From: Haliotis cracherodii
Lineage: Eukaryota
DNA length: 64,000 nucleotides
Direction of reading: 5' to 3'
Assembly (NCBI RefSeq): GCF_022045235.1
Contig: NW_027266341.1
Span: forward strand, 55,614,001-55,678,000
Shown here piece by piece: positions 54,601-64,000 of the stretch (its first letter is position 1; each line of letters begins with the position of its first letter). Made by a program: the position numbers and the translations under genes. Under the pieces are notes generated by a model. It saw only the letters and a list, made by a program, of their open reading frames with translations, was not told where the DNA came from and did no database searches.

Positions 54601-55452
54601 CAAAAGAATTGCTCTTTTAAGTTGTTTTCTCTATATAATATGACATGTGTTTCAATGAGCATCAGAACAATTTACCTATTGTGTGAGTGTGTTAGTTAAA
54701 GCTGCATCAGAAAGTTTGGAACCATTCTTGCAGCAAGTCAGAAAAAGTTTTTAGGGCAGTTTTTTTCACATGAATGGTTAGACCTACAAGTGAAATATTT
54801 GGAATTCAGAACTTTTTTCTGCTGATGTTGCACAAGATCTATCATCTTTAATCTAAAAAAACCACATCTGACAAATGAGTGGCGAATTTTAATGGCATTA
54901 TGTCATGAATATAGCTATGGTCAATTATTTTGCGCGAAACGTTGGAAATCAGTGTGTTGAGATTCAGTTGAAACGCTAAAGTGTTTTCTTGCTGATAAGA
55001 ATATTTTGAGAACGTCAATTAAATTTAGGTTTTCTGTAGCTAGGCCTTATTGTGCAGTCACAAGCAAACATTTCAAGTCATCTGGCTAAAGCAAAGCATC
55101 ACTGAGGTGTGTGGGCAAGCAAAATCTGAGGGCAAGCACTGTCCTAAAAAAAGTCAACAATATTACTTTCAATAACTGAGTAATTGCAGTCACATGTCCT
55201 CAAAGGAACTGTTCTACAGTTCTGTCATGCACCTTCTAAAGTAAAAGTTGCTAAGTCAGAAATTCTACACATTCCTATTCTGAGCAAGTATAACTACACA
55301 GCGACGCAAAATAAGTGTGACTTTTCATACATACAGACAAATAAAGGGAAAGAATGCACATGCTCATGTGTCACACACACGTGTACTTTTCTTCCTATAA
55401 TTTTTATAATGCACACCTACCATCCCCTACGAGCCAATTCATCACCCGCCAT
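42421..55452 (-). CDS. TDRD3: Tudor domain-containing protein 3, 13 coding exons, 2196 nt / 731 aa
   Basis: Manually spliced exons 55452-55421, 53938-53857, 52729-52664, 51106-50946, 50432-50291, 49640-49532, 49008-48857, 47913-47715, 47055-46936, 46176-45542, 44384-44280, 43237-43112, 42687-42421. All introns are GT..AG and phases are compatible. Recognisable TDRD3 motifs: [59 protein letters not shown] (IVEMGF), [13 protein letters not shown], Tudor ([18 protein letters not shown]...[10 protein letters not shown]) and C-terminal MEFRR...RPTQQYYQP. Confidence 0.96.
43112..43237 (-). CDS. TDRD3: TDRD3 exon 12 (Tudor C-half)
   Basis: [42 protein letters not shown]|gtaagt. Confidence 0.95.
43377..43908. 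mobile_element. MITE with ~37-bp TIRs and 5-bp flanking repeat TCATT (TDRD3 intron 11)
   Basis: CATCTTCCCGAGGCAAGGGAGTTAACTGACT / AGACAGTTAACTCCCTTGCCTCGGGAAGTTG. Confidence 0.8.
44020..44252 (-). mobile_element. Family C copy (TDRD3 intron 11)
   Basis: Similarity to the 51294 copy. Confidence 0.82.
44280..44384 (-). CDS. TDRD3: TDRD3 exon 11 (Tudor N-half)
   Basis: [35 protein letters not shown]|gtgagt. Confidence 0.93.
45542..46176 (-). CDS. TDRD3: TDRD3 exon 10 (Q/N/S/R-rich low-complexity region)
   Basis: 635-nt open exon, ttccag|AG ... [10 protein letters not shown] ... KPYE|gtaaac; phases fit both neighbours. Confidence 0.88.
46575..46835 (-). mobile_element. SINE family A copy (TDRD3 intron 9)
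   Basis: TSD gagatgactaga. Confidence 0.88.
46936..47055 (-). CDS. TDRD3: TDRD3 exon 9
   Basis: [39 protein letters not shown]. Confidence 0.93.
47715..47913 (-). CDS. TDRD3: TDRD3 exon 8 (UBA domain + RGG)
   Basis: [50 protein letters not shown]; MGF loop typical of UBA domains. Confidence 0.93.
48055..48907 (-). repeat. Minisatellite (47/53-bp units, ~17 copies) spanning the TDRD3 exon 7 / intron 7 boundary
   Basis: 17 occurrences of GTAGAGCC, mostly at 47- or 53-bp spacing; the first unit is exonic. Confidence 0.93.
48857..49008 (-). CDS. TDRD3: TDRD3 exon 7
   Basis: [10 protein letters not shown]...[28 protein letters not shown]|gtgagg. Confidence 0.9.
49532..49640 (-). CDS. TDRD3: TDRD3 exon 6
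   Basis: [36 protein letters not shown]|gtgag. Confidence 0.93.
50291..50432 (-). CDS. TDRD3: TDRD3 exon 5 (OB fold)
   Basis: [47 protein letters not shown]|gtgagt. Confidence 0.95.
50561..50835 (-). mobile_element. SINE family A copy, diverged (TDRD3 intron 4)
   Basis: Similarity to the other copies. Confidence 0.8.
50946..51106 (-). CDS. TDRD3: TDRD3 exon 4 (OB fold)
   Basis: tacag|[53 protein letters not shown]|gtaag. Confidence 0.95.
51294..51532 (+). mobile_element. Retro-repeat family C (~240 bp, no Pol III boxes, GTCGTAAGAGGCGACTAA hairpin, (AAAC)n tail)
   Basis: Copies: 6292-6497(+), 44020-44252(-), 45195-45310(-), 50060-50270(-), 59298-59508(-), 60110-60325(+), 63340-63603(-). 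Shares its 3' tail with families A and B. Confidence 0.82.
51621..52064. mobile_element. MULE-like MITE, same family
   Basis: Same TIRs; perfect 9-bp TSD CTGAATACA. Confidence 0.88.
52303..52583 (-). mobile_element. SINE family A copy (TDRD3 intron 3)
   Basis: Near-consensus full-length copy. Confidence 0.9.
52664..52729 (-). CDS. TDRD3: TDRD3 exon 3
   Basis: tttgcag|[22 protein letters not shown]|gtacgt. Confidence 0.9.
52904..53057 (-). mobile_element. SINE family B copy
   Basis: 13-bp TSD agttgatgtaata. Confidence 0.9.
53857..53938 (-). CDS. TDRD3: TDRD3 exon 2
   Basis: ttttcacag|[28 protein letters not shown]|gtaggt. Confidence 0.9.
55421..55452 (-). CDS. TDRD3: TDRD3 exon 1 ([11 protein letters not shown])
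   Basis: aatATGG start and TG|gtaggt donor. Joins exon 2 to give GWHLTAEGI, similar to the vertebrate GWYLSDEGI. Confidence 0.85.
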
Positions 55453-56062
55453 ATTTCTTCCACGAAGTAAAGCTTAATTTCATTGGTGAAAATTAAATGC
55501 AATGATCCGCAGCAAACGATTGTAAAAAATAAATTGGGAAGTTAGAAAGCTGATAGTTTTCATGGAGATGCTCCATAAAATTCCCATCCCTTATTCAAAT
55601 TAGCAACATTTAAGCAAGAAAAGATGAATATGTTTTCCCGCAGCAATAGCATTTGTCCCACCCAGTTGTAAAACATATTTTGATTGGATGATTATTTTTG
55701 TTGATAACGTTTCATTGGACACGAATGACCTTTGACCCGAGACTTGTAAATTTCTGAAAATGGCGGAAAGGGATGACTAACTGGGAAGTGAACTGTTCTT
55801 GAAACACCCGTTGTTCTTTGGTGAAAGGAGACATTTACTAAGCTGACAGCAATCGACATTATTGCAATTGCAGAGTCGATCCTACACTTATGTGTAGTGT
55901 TTGAGTGGATTTTAGCAATTGCTATGAGCGGTTATGTGCACTGATTAAACTGAAAGCCAAACACGCTGCTTATGATGAAGTAGTGTAGGCACACCTACAT
56001 TTGGCGCAGCTGCGTCTGTTAAACTTGATTACTGAATAAATTGGAGCTATAACACGTTGAAG
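55453..56062. promoter_or_regulatory. Putative bidirectional promoter / 5' leaders of TDRD3 and a divergent gene
   Basis: No interspersed repeat recognised between two divergent ATGs. ATTGG (CCAAT) boxes at ~55482, ~55683 and ~55714; YY1-like AAAATGGCGG at 55757-55766. Confidence 0.55.
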
Positions 56063-56098
56063 ATGGACAGGAAGGAAAAGGATAAGAGAAACAGTTTT
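56063..56098 (+). CDS. Putative first coding exon of a divergent gene (MDRKEKDKRNSF), identity unproven
   Basis: aagATGG Kozak context, 12 codons, then a consensus GTAAGT donor. Followed by repeat-rich, intron-like sequence to the window end. Confidence 0.5.
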
Positions 56099-59000
56099 GT
56101 AAGTAGACCACATCAATATTTAAGCTTCAAGACATCTGTTTATTGTTGACATTGGTTAATTTGAACTGTCATTGTGACAATGACAACGATGACTTTCCAA
56201 GTTGCTAGTCATTGTTTTTGTTCTATTTAACGCTTTTGTCTGCAGACTTGAGATGTGCAGTTTGACCTACGTGAAGTTAAATACTTTAGTTTGGGCCAAT
56301 TAATTTGTGTAAATAATGTCAGACAAGGAATAAATGTCGGATATGTATGGTGTTTATTGTTTGCATTGACAAATTGTGAAGTAACATTGTCGAAGATACG
56401 ATCGTTCCCTTCCAATATTTTTTATGAAGCCCTGTGACATGTTCAGCACATGAACAAGTTTTAGTGTAATTTCTAAAAAATCGAAGTTTAGGATACCTTG
56501 TTATGTTTTTGAGTGGGTGTTGTTGTCGGCTGGTGGTATAAACATTCACTCGTTCAGCTGATTATCCACGTTTAACATGTGTAATTCCCACATGGATGTG
56601 TAACTCCCATTCTCTGTGTGCACCTTTGCCCACCATGGGGAATGAGTGAGTGAGTGAATAATTATTTTGTCAGTCAGCAATCCTACAGTTGTGTGCATCA
56701 TGACATGGAGGCCTGTAATAAGTGTAAATAATAAAATCATTGCCAGAAAAAAACTGGTTGATAGCATGATGAACAATCAATGCCATCTTGTAGAATGATG
56801 TATAGATGCAAACTCCATATGTGAGGTATAATAGTCAGCTCTTACAACAAGCAATTAATTCAAGTGTTTGTGGGGACAAATAACAACAAATTATTATGCC
56901 CCATGTGATGATATTATGTAACATGTCACTATTGTCACTATTGTTTTCATTGAAATATTGATATTTAGCTTATATTTACTTCTATACCTTGTGTACTGGG
57001 CCCTGATTTAGAGTAATGCTGACCTCAGTCTGTCATTAGAAAAACCTTGTCAATTTTGGATCGTGTATGGCTACAGATTGGAAAGGGACACCAAATATAT
57101 ACAGAATGAACCCACCATGCCCACAGGGATCCCCAAAATTTGTATGCTTATTTAGGAATGAATGTTACTAATTTTATTTGGTATAACTTAAGAAGATTTA
57201 TTTCTGTATGTAATCATTCAGAAAATGTTTCACACAGTCAAGGCTTCATGATCCTCGCATGCTTTATCACTTTTAGAATCGTCTCAGTACTGTGTTCCAA
57301 TTTTTGACAATTCCCTGGGACCCCAATTTGTTAACCTGGGACACCTACAATTAAGTGTTTTGAGCCCCTGGAACCACAAAGTAAATAAACCAGATTAATG
57401 ACATATGTATATATCCCTGCTTGTCATACAGTAATAGTATTGGCTATATATATTTTCTCAGAAAGGATGCAAAGATTTTAAGATATGGTTGTGAAAACTA
57501 TTGTACAAGGGGCATTTCTTTTTGTAATTGGTCACCAATAACCTTTGATTTAGAAATTAAGTAGTTCAAGCATAAGTTCATAGCATCAATGGCCCTGGTT
57601 TGAGCCCCATGTAGGTGTGTACACTGTGCGAGGCCCATTTCTGGTGCCCCCTACTGGGACTATTTGTAAAGCAATGTAACGCCATACTTACTTACTCGCT
57701 CACTCATATAATGTAAGACCAGACTAACTTGTCATGTGGCAGATATTGTATTGATGATTACCAGGAAATCCTGACTTTCCTGTTTTTGTGTCAACCTACT
57801 TACGCTGCAGGCTTTCAGATTGGTCAAGTTTCTAGGACATTGAATGATTGTTGTCTGAAATGTTCTGACATGTTTTTTAAACTTAGGTAAAGATAAAGAA
57901 TAATAGATGACTAGCTGTTTGTTCCTGATGCTAGCCTAGATCTAAGGTCACTTGACTCAGCCCCTGAACATGTTAAATAAATGATAAATGGCATAATCTG
58001 ACCAGTCTGATGTTGATGTCACTGATAAACCAAAAATTGATTAAATGTTTCCTTCCAAGAGAAAAATGGATCCTAATCATTATAAGGTATCTTTCTGAAA
58101 TTGATGGCCAAGTTATGTGAATTGTTTTGAAGAAAAGCTTCTGTTTTACTTAACAATCCTCAAACTAATGTATGAAGAACATTTTCACTAAATTCGGTAA
58201 CCATGGTTACAGATGATTGCAATGATTATAAAGAAGAAATACTGTTGTACATTATCAACAATATAAACATATCTGTATCCGTCTTTAGCCTGACCTTGGC
58301 AGTTTCAGTTTGGTGGGATCAACATAAGCATGATAAGGACACAGACACAGTGTTGATGAATGTTGTATTGCTTGGTGAAACGTTCATTTAAGACAATCTT
58401 CTTGAGGTGTTGCCTGTATATATGATTTTATTTACGGAAAGGTTATTGTAGATCATCTTTACAGGTGCATATCACTTGTGTAAACAAACAGATGATTATA
58501 TTCATGGTTGCAGTGTTAAACAAACACAGGGGCTCACACCCACATCTGTGTTGAGTATTGTGTAGTTGGTTGATCAGAAAAAAAGATATTTGATCAAGGA
58601 TTAGGGGGAATGCAAGGTTAAAGTTATGTGTTGGAAAATTGTTCAAGGATTAAAAGAGATTCCAGAAGAAATAAAGGGTAGAGTTCATATTTGTCATAAT
58701 AGGGTAAAGTGTCTGGTTGCCTAGAAATAAACTCTGTTGGAGGAGAGCTTCTAGAACAAAAAGGATTTTTGTGGTTAATTCGTCTGCTTATTGATAAGTT
58801 GTTTCTATTATTAATCTGAGATGTTAATTTCTGTGTGAATGAGACTTGTTGAGTTCACTTTATGATGTGGAATAAAACTTGCTTCAGAAAATTGATTTAT
58901 TTGAAAATGGAATGTGAATAATCAGTTTTAGAAGTTTCTTTGGGTGTTCAGTTTTAAAATCTTAAGGCCACAATAAATTCTTTGTTAGATTTTCGTCCAC

Positions 59001-59542
59001 TTTTATTAAGAAAATGTGAAGTATAAAAAACACTCTGTTCAAGGTATCTGTGTACATTAACTGTTTTGGGATGTGATTCACATGAAGTATGAATGCTTGG
59101 AAGGTCGTCATTCATACAAAAAAGTACCAGTAAGGCAACACATTTACCAAGTTTCAACGTCTGATTGATGTTCTGACAAGTTATCGTCAATAAATATTTT
59201 CCAAATCTTTTCATGCTTTTAATCAACATGCTCACAAGATTTTATGAAGTGAGACCTGTTTTATTACAATATAGGTCTTGATTATCAATCAGATTATTTG
59301 TTGTTTGTTTGTTTGTTTGTTTGTTGTTTAACACCACACTCAGCAATATTCCAGCAATATGACAGCGGTCTGTGTAAATAATCGAGTCTGGACCAGACAA
59401 TCCGATGATTCATATCATGAGCATCGATCCATGCAATTGGGATCGATGACATACATCAACCAAGTCAGCGAGCCTGACCACCCGATCCTGTTTGTCGCCT
59501 CTTACAACAAATGCATGGATTGATGCTCATGATATCAATCAC

Positions 59543-59544
<2 letters not shown>

Positions 59545-59600
<56 letters not shown>
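59545..59600. repeat. (GA)n microsatellite
   Basis: Direct observation. Confidence 0.95.
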
Positions 59601-59603
<3 letters not shown>

Positions 59604-60344
59604 ATTCTAGTAGACTGGTCACGACTGTTTATGAAGATGATTAAGCAGGCATCAATGTATGGTTTTATCATTTTGTGAAGAAAATCAGTTCTATTTTCAA
59701 ACATTTCACAGGATGACTCAGATCTGAAGTGTCAGGTGAACGCATTTCACATTCATAAATCATGATAAATTATTACCAAAGTTCAAAGAGGAAGAGATAT
59801 CTATGAGGCTTATCTGTTGATGATATTGATATGCTAATATTATTGCTTAGATTGCGCCTATGCTGCATGAACCCTACCTTGCATGCATTGAAGGAAGTTT
59901 ATGTGTTGATCGCGAAATATTGTGTTATGGCGACTGCAAGGTGTGCAGTCAAGCAGAACTACCTGCTGTCGCCATTACAGGTTATCTATAAATAATACCC
60001 GGTACTTCCTGAACCAGTCGCCCTTTACCTTGTTTTTGTGATTGTGTTTCATGATTGTTATCAAACCCATGAGTTTACCATGTTACTAATGTCATATAGT
60101 TCCTGAACCGACCCATGAGGATTCCAGGGTAGAATTGGTCCCCAGCAATCTATGCCGTCTGCGTGAGGCGATCAAATGGATTGGTGTCAGACTAAGCATG
60201 CTAAGTGACCTGGTTGATTGTGTGTCAACGTACCCTAACGGTTTGGATTGTTGATCATTGTATCAATCACTGTCTGGTCAAGACTTGATTATTTATAGGC
60301 TTTCGCCATGTAGCTGAGTGTGAAACACAAAATTTCCTGAACTT

Positions 60345-60628
60345 TTAGGTTGGGGGTATATAGTTATACCAAGTTCTGTCCATCCATCCGAAAACTTTGT
60401 TCGCAAGATTTCTCTTAAACTATTCAGTGGATTCATCTCAAACTTAGTACATATAATCTGTGTCATATGGAGGGGTGCAGTCTAAAGAAAAAAAATGTTT
60501 TTATTAATTTTCCATATTTTTATAAATTTTTCAAATCCTTACCCTATCCTAGCTATTTAATTTGAAACTACTGACACAATAGGCGGGTCAGGGGTATTAG
60601 TGAGCCACGCTCACTTTTGCCCTTGTTC
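60345..60628 (+). mobile_element. Helentron/HINE-like non-autonomous element
   Basis: GGGGTAT near both ends, TCCA/TCCG microsatellite, terminal hairpin AGTGAGC-CAC-GCTCACT followed by T-rich sequence. Confidence 0.4.
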
Positions 60629-61320
60629 ATGTTGTTGTGAGTGTGTTGCTTGATTTGTTATCAAACCCATCACCGTATATATGGCATGGCATTCCTGATT
60701 TTTTGTCTTAGTATCCTAATAATATATTCAGTATATGGATAATTGTGTAAACAGGATATCCTATTTAACACATTTAGATTGTCACTTGTCATTATTTTAA
60801 ATTCAGTTTAGCACAGATAAATCTACATGTAACCTAGCTTTACATTGAAAACACAGTGTGTTTATCTCCGAGACAAATTTATGTGCATTTCTGTCAATAA
60901 TGAATGAGATGATTTATGTAAATTTGTAATGGATATGTTTGTATATATGTTTTATGGAGATGGAATTGTGAATACTACTGAATAGTTTCTCATCTGTAAA
61001 ATATTGGAGAGTATCACAGTGCAGGTTATTCAGGGGTTGACATGAACCTGAAGTGTTTAGTGCGAGTGGAATGGTTAATTAAGTAATGGCACAGTTAAGA
61101 TAGGTTCTTGGTTAGAAATAACTTTTGTTCAACAGTAATACCTTGTGACAATATTTATTTAATGAAACCATAAATAAAGTGCCAAACAAGTGGAAAAATG
61201 ATGAAAATGAGGACATGCATGCATGGAGTGATTCACTATTTGAGTTTGGGAATTCAGAAATGAAATAGGGTATTATGTCAATGAAAACATTCAGAATTAC
61301 AAGTGCTTATCATCTCACTT

Positions 61321-61534
61321 GGGGGGGTCGGGTAGCCTAGTGGTTAAAGCGTTCGCTCGTCCTGCCGAAGACCCGGGTTCGATTCCCGACATGGGTACAA
61401 TGTGTGGAGCCCATTTCTGGTGTCCCCCGCCGTGATATTGCTGGAATATTGCTAAAAGCAGCCTGAAAGTGAAACCATACTCTCACTCACACACTCACTC
61501 ACTCACTCACTCACTCACTCACTCACTCACTCAC
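61321..61534 (+). mobile_element. SINE family B (~170 bp, tRNA-Asp-like head, (TCAC)n tail)
   Basis: Family consensus TAGCCTAGTGGTTAAAGCG...CGTCACGCCGAAGACCCGGGTTCGATTCCCGAC resembles tRNA-Asp(GTC). Copies: 1507-1665(+), 33554-33690(-), 37204-37347(-), 52904-53057(-), 57560-57707(+, degenerate), 62302-62469(+). Confidence 0.88.
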
Positions 61535-61643
61535 TTTGGTGAAATGACATTTATTGAGTTCGATGATAGATCAAATGTATTTGTCAAGTTGTTCCACTTT
61601 AATTGCAAAGGGAACACCTAAACTTATTTATGAGTGCACTATT

Positions 61644-62010
61644 GACCACTGGTTGTAACCTGGTTCTGTCGTCATGTCCCAACAACACTGATCACACTGT
61701 CGACCACTGGTTGTAATCTGGTTGTATGTCATCGTGCCCCAACAACACTGATCACACTATCGACCACTGGTTGTAACCTGGTTCTGTCGTCATGACCCAA
61801 CAACACTGATCACACTGTCGACCACTGGTTGTAACCTGGTTGTATGTCATCGTGCCCCAACAACACTGATCACACTGTCGACCACTGGTTGTAACCTGGT
61901 TCTGTCGTCATGACCCAACAACACTGATCACACTGTCGACCACTGGTTGTAACCTGGTTGTATGTCATCGTGCCCCAACAACACTGATCACACTATCGAC
62001 CACTGGTTGT
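61644..62010. repeat. 58/60-bp alternating minisatellite (118-bp higher-order dimer x3)
   Basis: GACCACTGGTTGT at 61644, 61702, 61762, 61820, 61880, 61938 and 61998. Confidence 0.93.
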
Positions 62011-62301
62011 CTTCAACTGTGACTGTTTACAAGTTGTGATGTAGGTGTACAATTGCTGTTTTGTGTCTACTCTTGTGAAACAACATTCACATATTTCCTT
62101 GTCATCTCTCACACAATACCGTATCACATTTCCAGATTTCTTTTGTCCTGCCTGCTGGTACTTTCGACAGCCGGGTATCTTGTGTTGTGGTTTATGAGTT
62201 TATGTACAAGGAAGTGTACACATGCAGTCTTTGATTTGAATCGACTTTTGTCACTTGACATTATTTATAGTACAGAGACAGAAAGAGTGCCATCATCGCA
62301 A

Positions 62302-62469
62302 TGGGGACGGTCAGGTAGCCTAGTGGTTAGAGCGTTTGCTCGTCATGCCGAAGACCCAGGTTTGATTCCCGACATGGGTACAATGGGTGAAACTCATTTC
62401 TGGTGTCCCCCGCCGTGATATTACTGGAATATTGCTAAAAGAGGTGTAAAACCATACACACTCACTCAT
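62302..62469 (+). mobile_element. SINE family B copy
   Basis: TSD catcatcgcaatg. Confidence 0.9.
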
Positions 62470-62619
62470 CATCGCAATGTATGGAGTCCCCTTTGGATAT
62501 ATGTGTTGCAAAAAGAAAATTGCTTTTCATGTAAGTAAGTAATATTTGAAATTTTATTCATTAAAATGTTCATATGTTCATTATGTACATTTGTCTTTGT
62601 TCAGTTTACTTGTGAAAGT

Positions 62620-63121
62620 TCCTTGGGCACACCCGAAACCTATGATTGTGGGTTTGAATACCGGTTCGCCCTGATTATGTTTCTAGGATTGTCAGCACCA
62701 TACCTGTTTTACCAGAGTGGTAAGCATTTGAGACCTGCATCACTTCGGGCTTTCCTCCCACAATAAAATGACATGCTGTGATATAACTAGAATACTGTTC
62801 TAGTGACGTTAAAACCCATCTCTCTCACTCACTTGTTTAGGAATATGGGGCATGGGTGGCCCAGTTGTTTAAGGTGCTGTGATTGGCTGTGCAGTGTTGC
62901 GTCCCTTGGGCACTCAAGAAACCTATGCTTGTGAGTTCGAATCCCGGTTTGCCCCGATTATGTTTCTAGGTTTGTCAGCACCATACCCGTGCTCGTGGGT
63001 TTCACTGAAGTGGTAAACGTCTGAGACCTGCATCACTTCGGGCTTTCCTCCCACATTAAGCTGACACGCCGTGATATAACTGGAATACTGTTAAAAGCAG
63101 CTTAAACCCAACTCACTCACT
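62620..63121 (+). mobile_element. Two adjacent SINE family A copies (truncated + full)
   Basis: 62620-62832 is 5'-truncated; 62847-63121 is full length. Confidence 0.88.
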
Positions 63122-63339
63122 AACTGTATCGAAATACATGCATAAATGGCTTGATATGACATAAACAAAAGGTATTTATATCAATGAAATGGCACTGGGA
63201 ACTTATTTTAACTGTTGCACTACGATTTTAATTGCGCCATTGTGTTGGAATTTTGGACTCTTTAGATTTTAGGTTCATTTGGACTGTGGTCTGATGCTGT
63301 CAATTGATGGCTTGAATCTCACATTCACCCGAAATAAGC

Positions 63340-63603
63340 TTTGTTTGTTTGTTTGTTCTTTAATGCTGCTCTCAGCAATATGCCAGCTCTTTGATGGCGT
63401 TCTGTAAATAATCAAGTCCAGACAATCCAGTGATTGGAATCATGAGCATCGATCCATGCAACTGTGATACGATGACATGCATCAACCAATTCAGCGAGCC
63501 TGACCACTCGATCTCGTAAGTCGCCTCTTACGACAAGCATAATTGCCTTTTACGGAAAGCAGAGTTTGCCGAAGACCTGTTCTAACCCGGGTCTTCACGG
63601 GTC
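63340..63603 (-). mobile_element. Family C full-length copy
   Basis: Starts GACCCGTGAAGACCCGGGTTAG on the minus strand and ends in (AAAC)n. Confidence 0.82.
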
Positions 63604-64000
63604 CGAAATGAGCTCTTTCATTTGAAGGCAACATGTCTGTACACATGGGTGTAAAAGGACACAACTTGCTTCAATTACACTTGAAAATATATGACCCTCG
63701 TTATAGGACTTAACAGCTGTTGTAAGCTGTGTCAAACCTACATGCTTACACACTTATTAATATGGCCATTGGGCAGCTCAGCCTTTGTGTTGCTTGTTGA
63801 AATGGAATGCAATTAGGCCTACAACAACACATGTTGTCGTGATTCAATATGAACTTTGATCAGCATTAGTAATTGGCATTAGTCCTATAGTCCTTGCCAA
63901 GCTGCTCAATAGTTAGGGCACCCTAAGGACGTGTAGAAATTTGCCATTTTGAAGGGTTTTGCTATATGTTATCATTATAAGGACTAGTGGGTTAAAACTG

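Noticed and set aside
61321-61400. Functional tRNA genes at SINE heads
   Set aside because: No proper acceptor stem; they continue into SINE bodies with tails and TSDs.

Overview
AT-rich, repeat-dense animal genomic DNA with several N-gaps. It is probably from a mollusc; the SINE families look abalone-like, but that is an inference. (1) A complete 13-exon TDRD3 gene lies on the minus strand (55452->42421, 731 aa; OB-fold, UBA, Tudor and C-terminal EJC-binding motif), with every junction GT-AG and in phase. Its intron 7 holds a 17-unit minisatellite made from the end of exon 7 plus the splice donor. (2) A putative divergent gene starts about 0.6 kb from the TDRD3 ATG (first coding exon MDRKEKDKRNSF|GTAAGT). 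(3) A probable terminal coding exon of an unidentified plus-strand gene lies at about 2.2 kb. (4) A ~20-kb tandem array of a ~3.5-kb unit (13682-33553) carries, in each unit, a three-exon open reading frame that splices in phase into a ~124-aa acidic orphan protein with a polyA signal: five intact copies plus one cut by a gap. This is the main candidate for an undescribed system. (5) There are at least five SINE-like families, one with a covarying 5' pseudoknot in place of a tRNA head. There are also hAT-, MULE-, pogo/mariner-, Harbinger- and Helentron-like non-autonomous elements, a mariner transposase fossil and several minisatellites. All calls were made by eye, and repeat boundaries are approximate.
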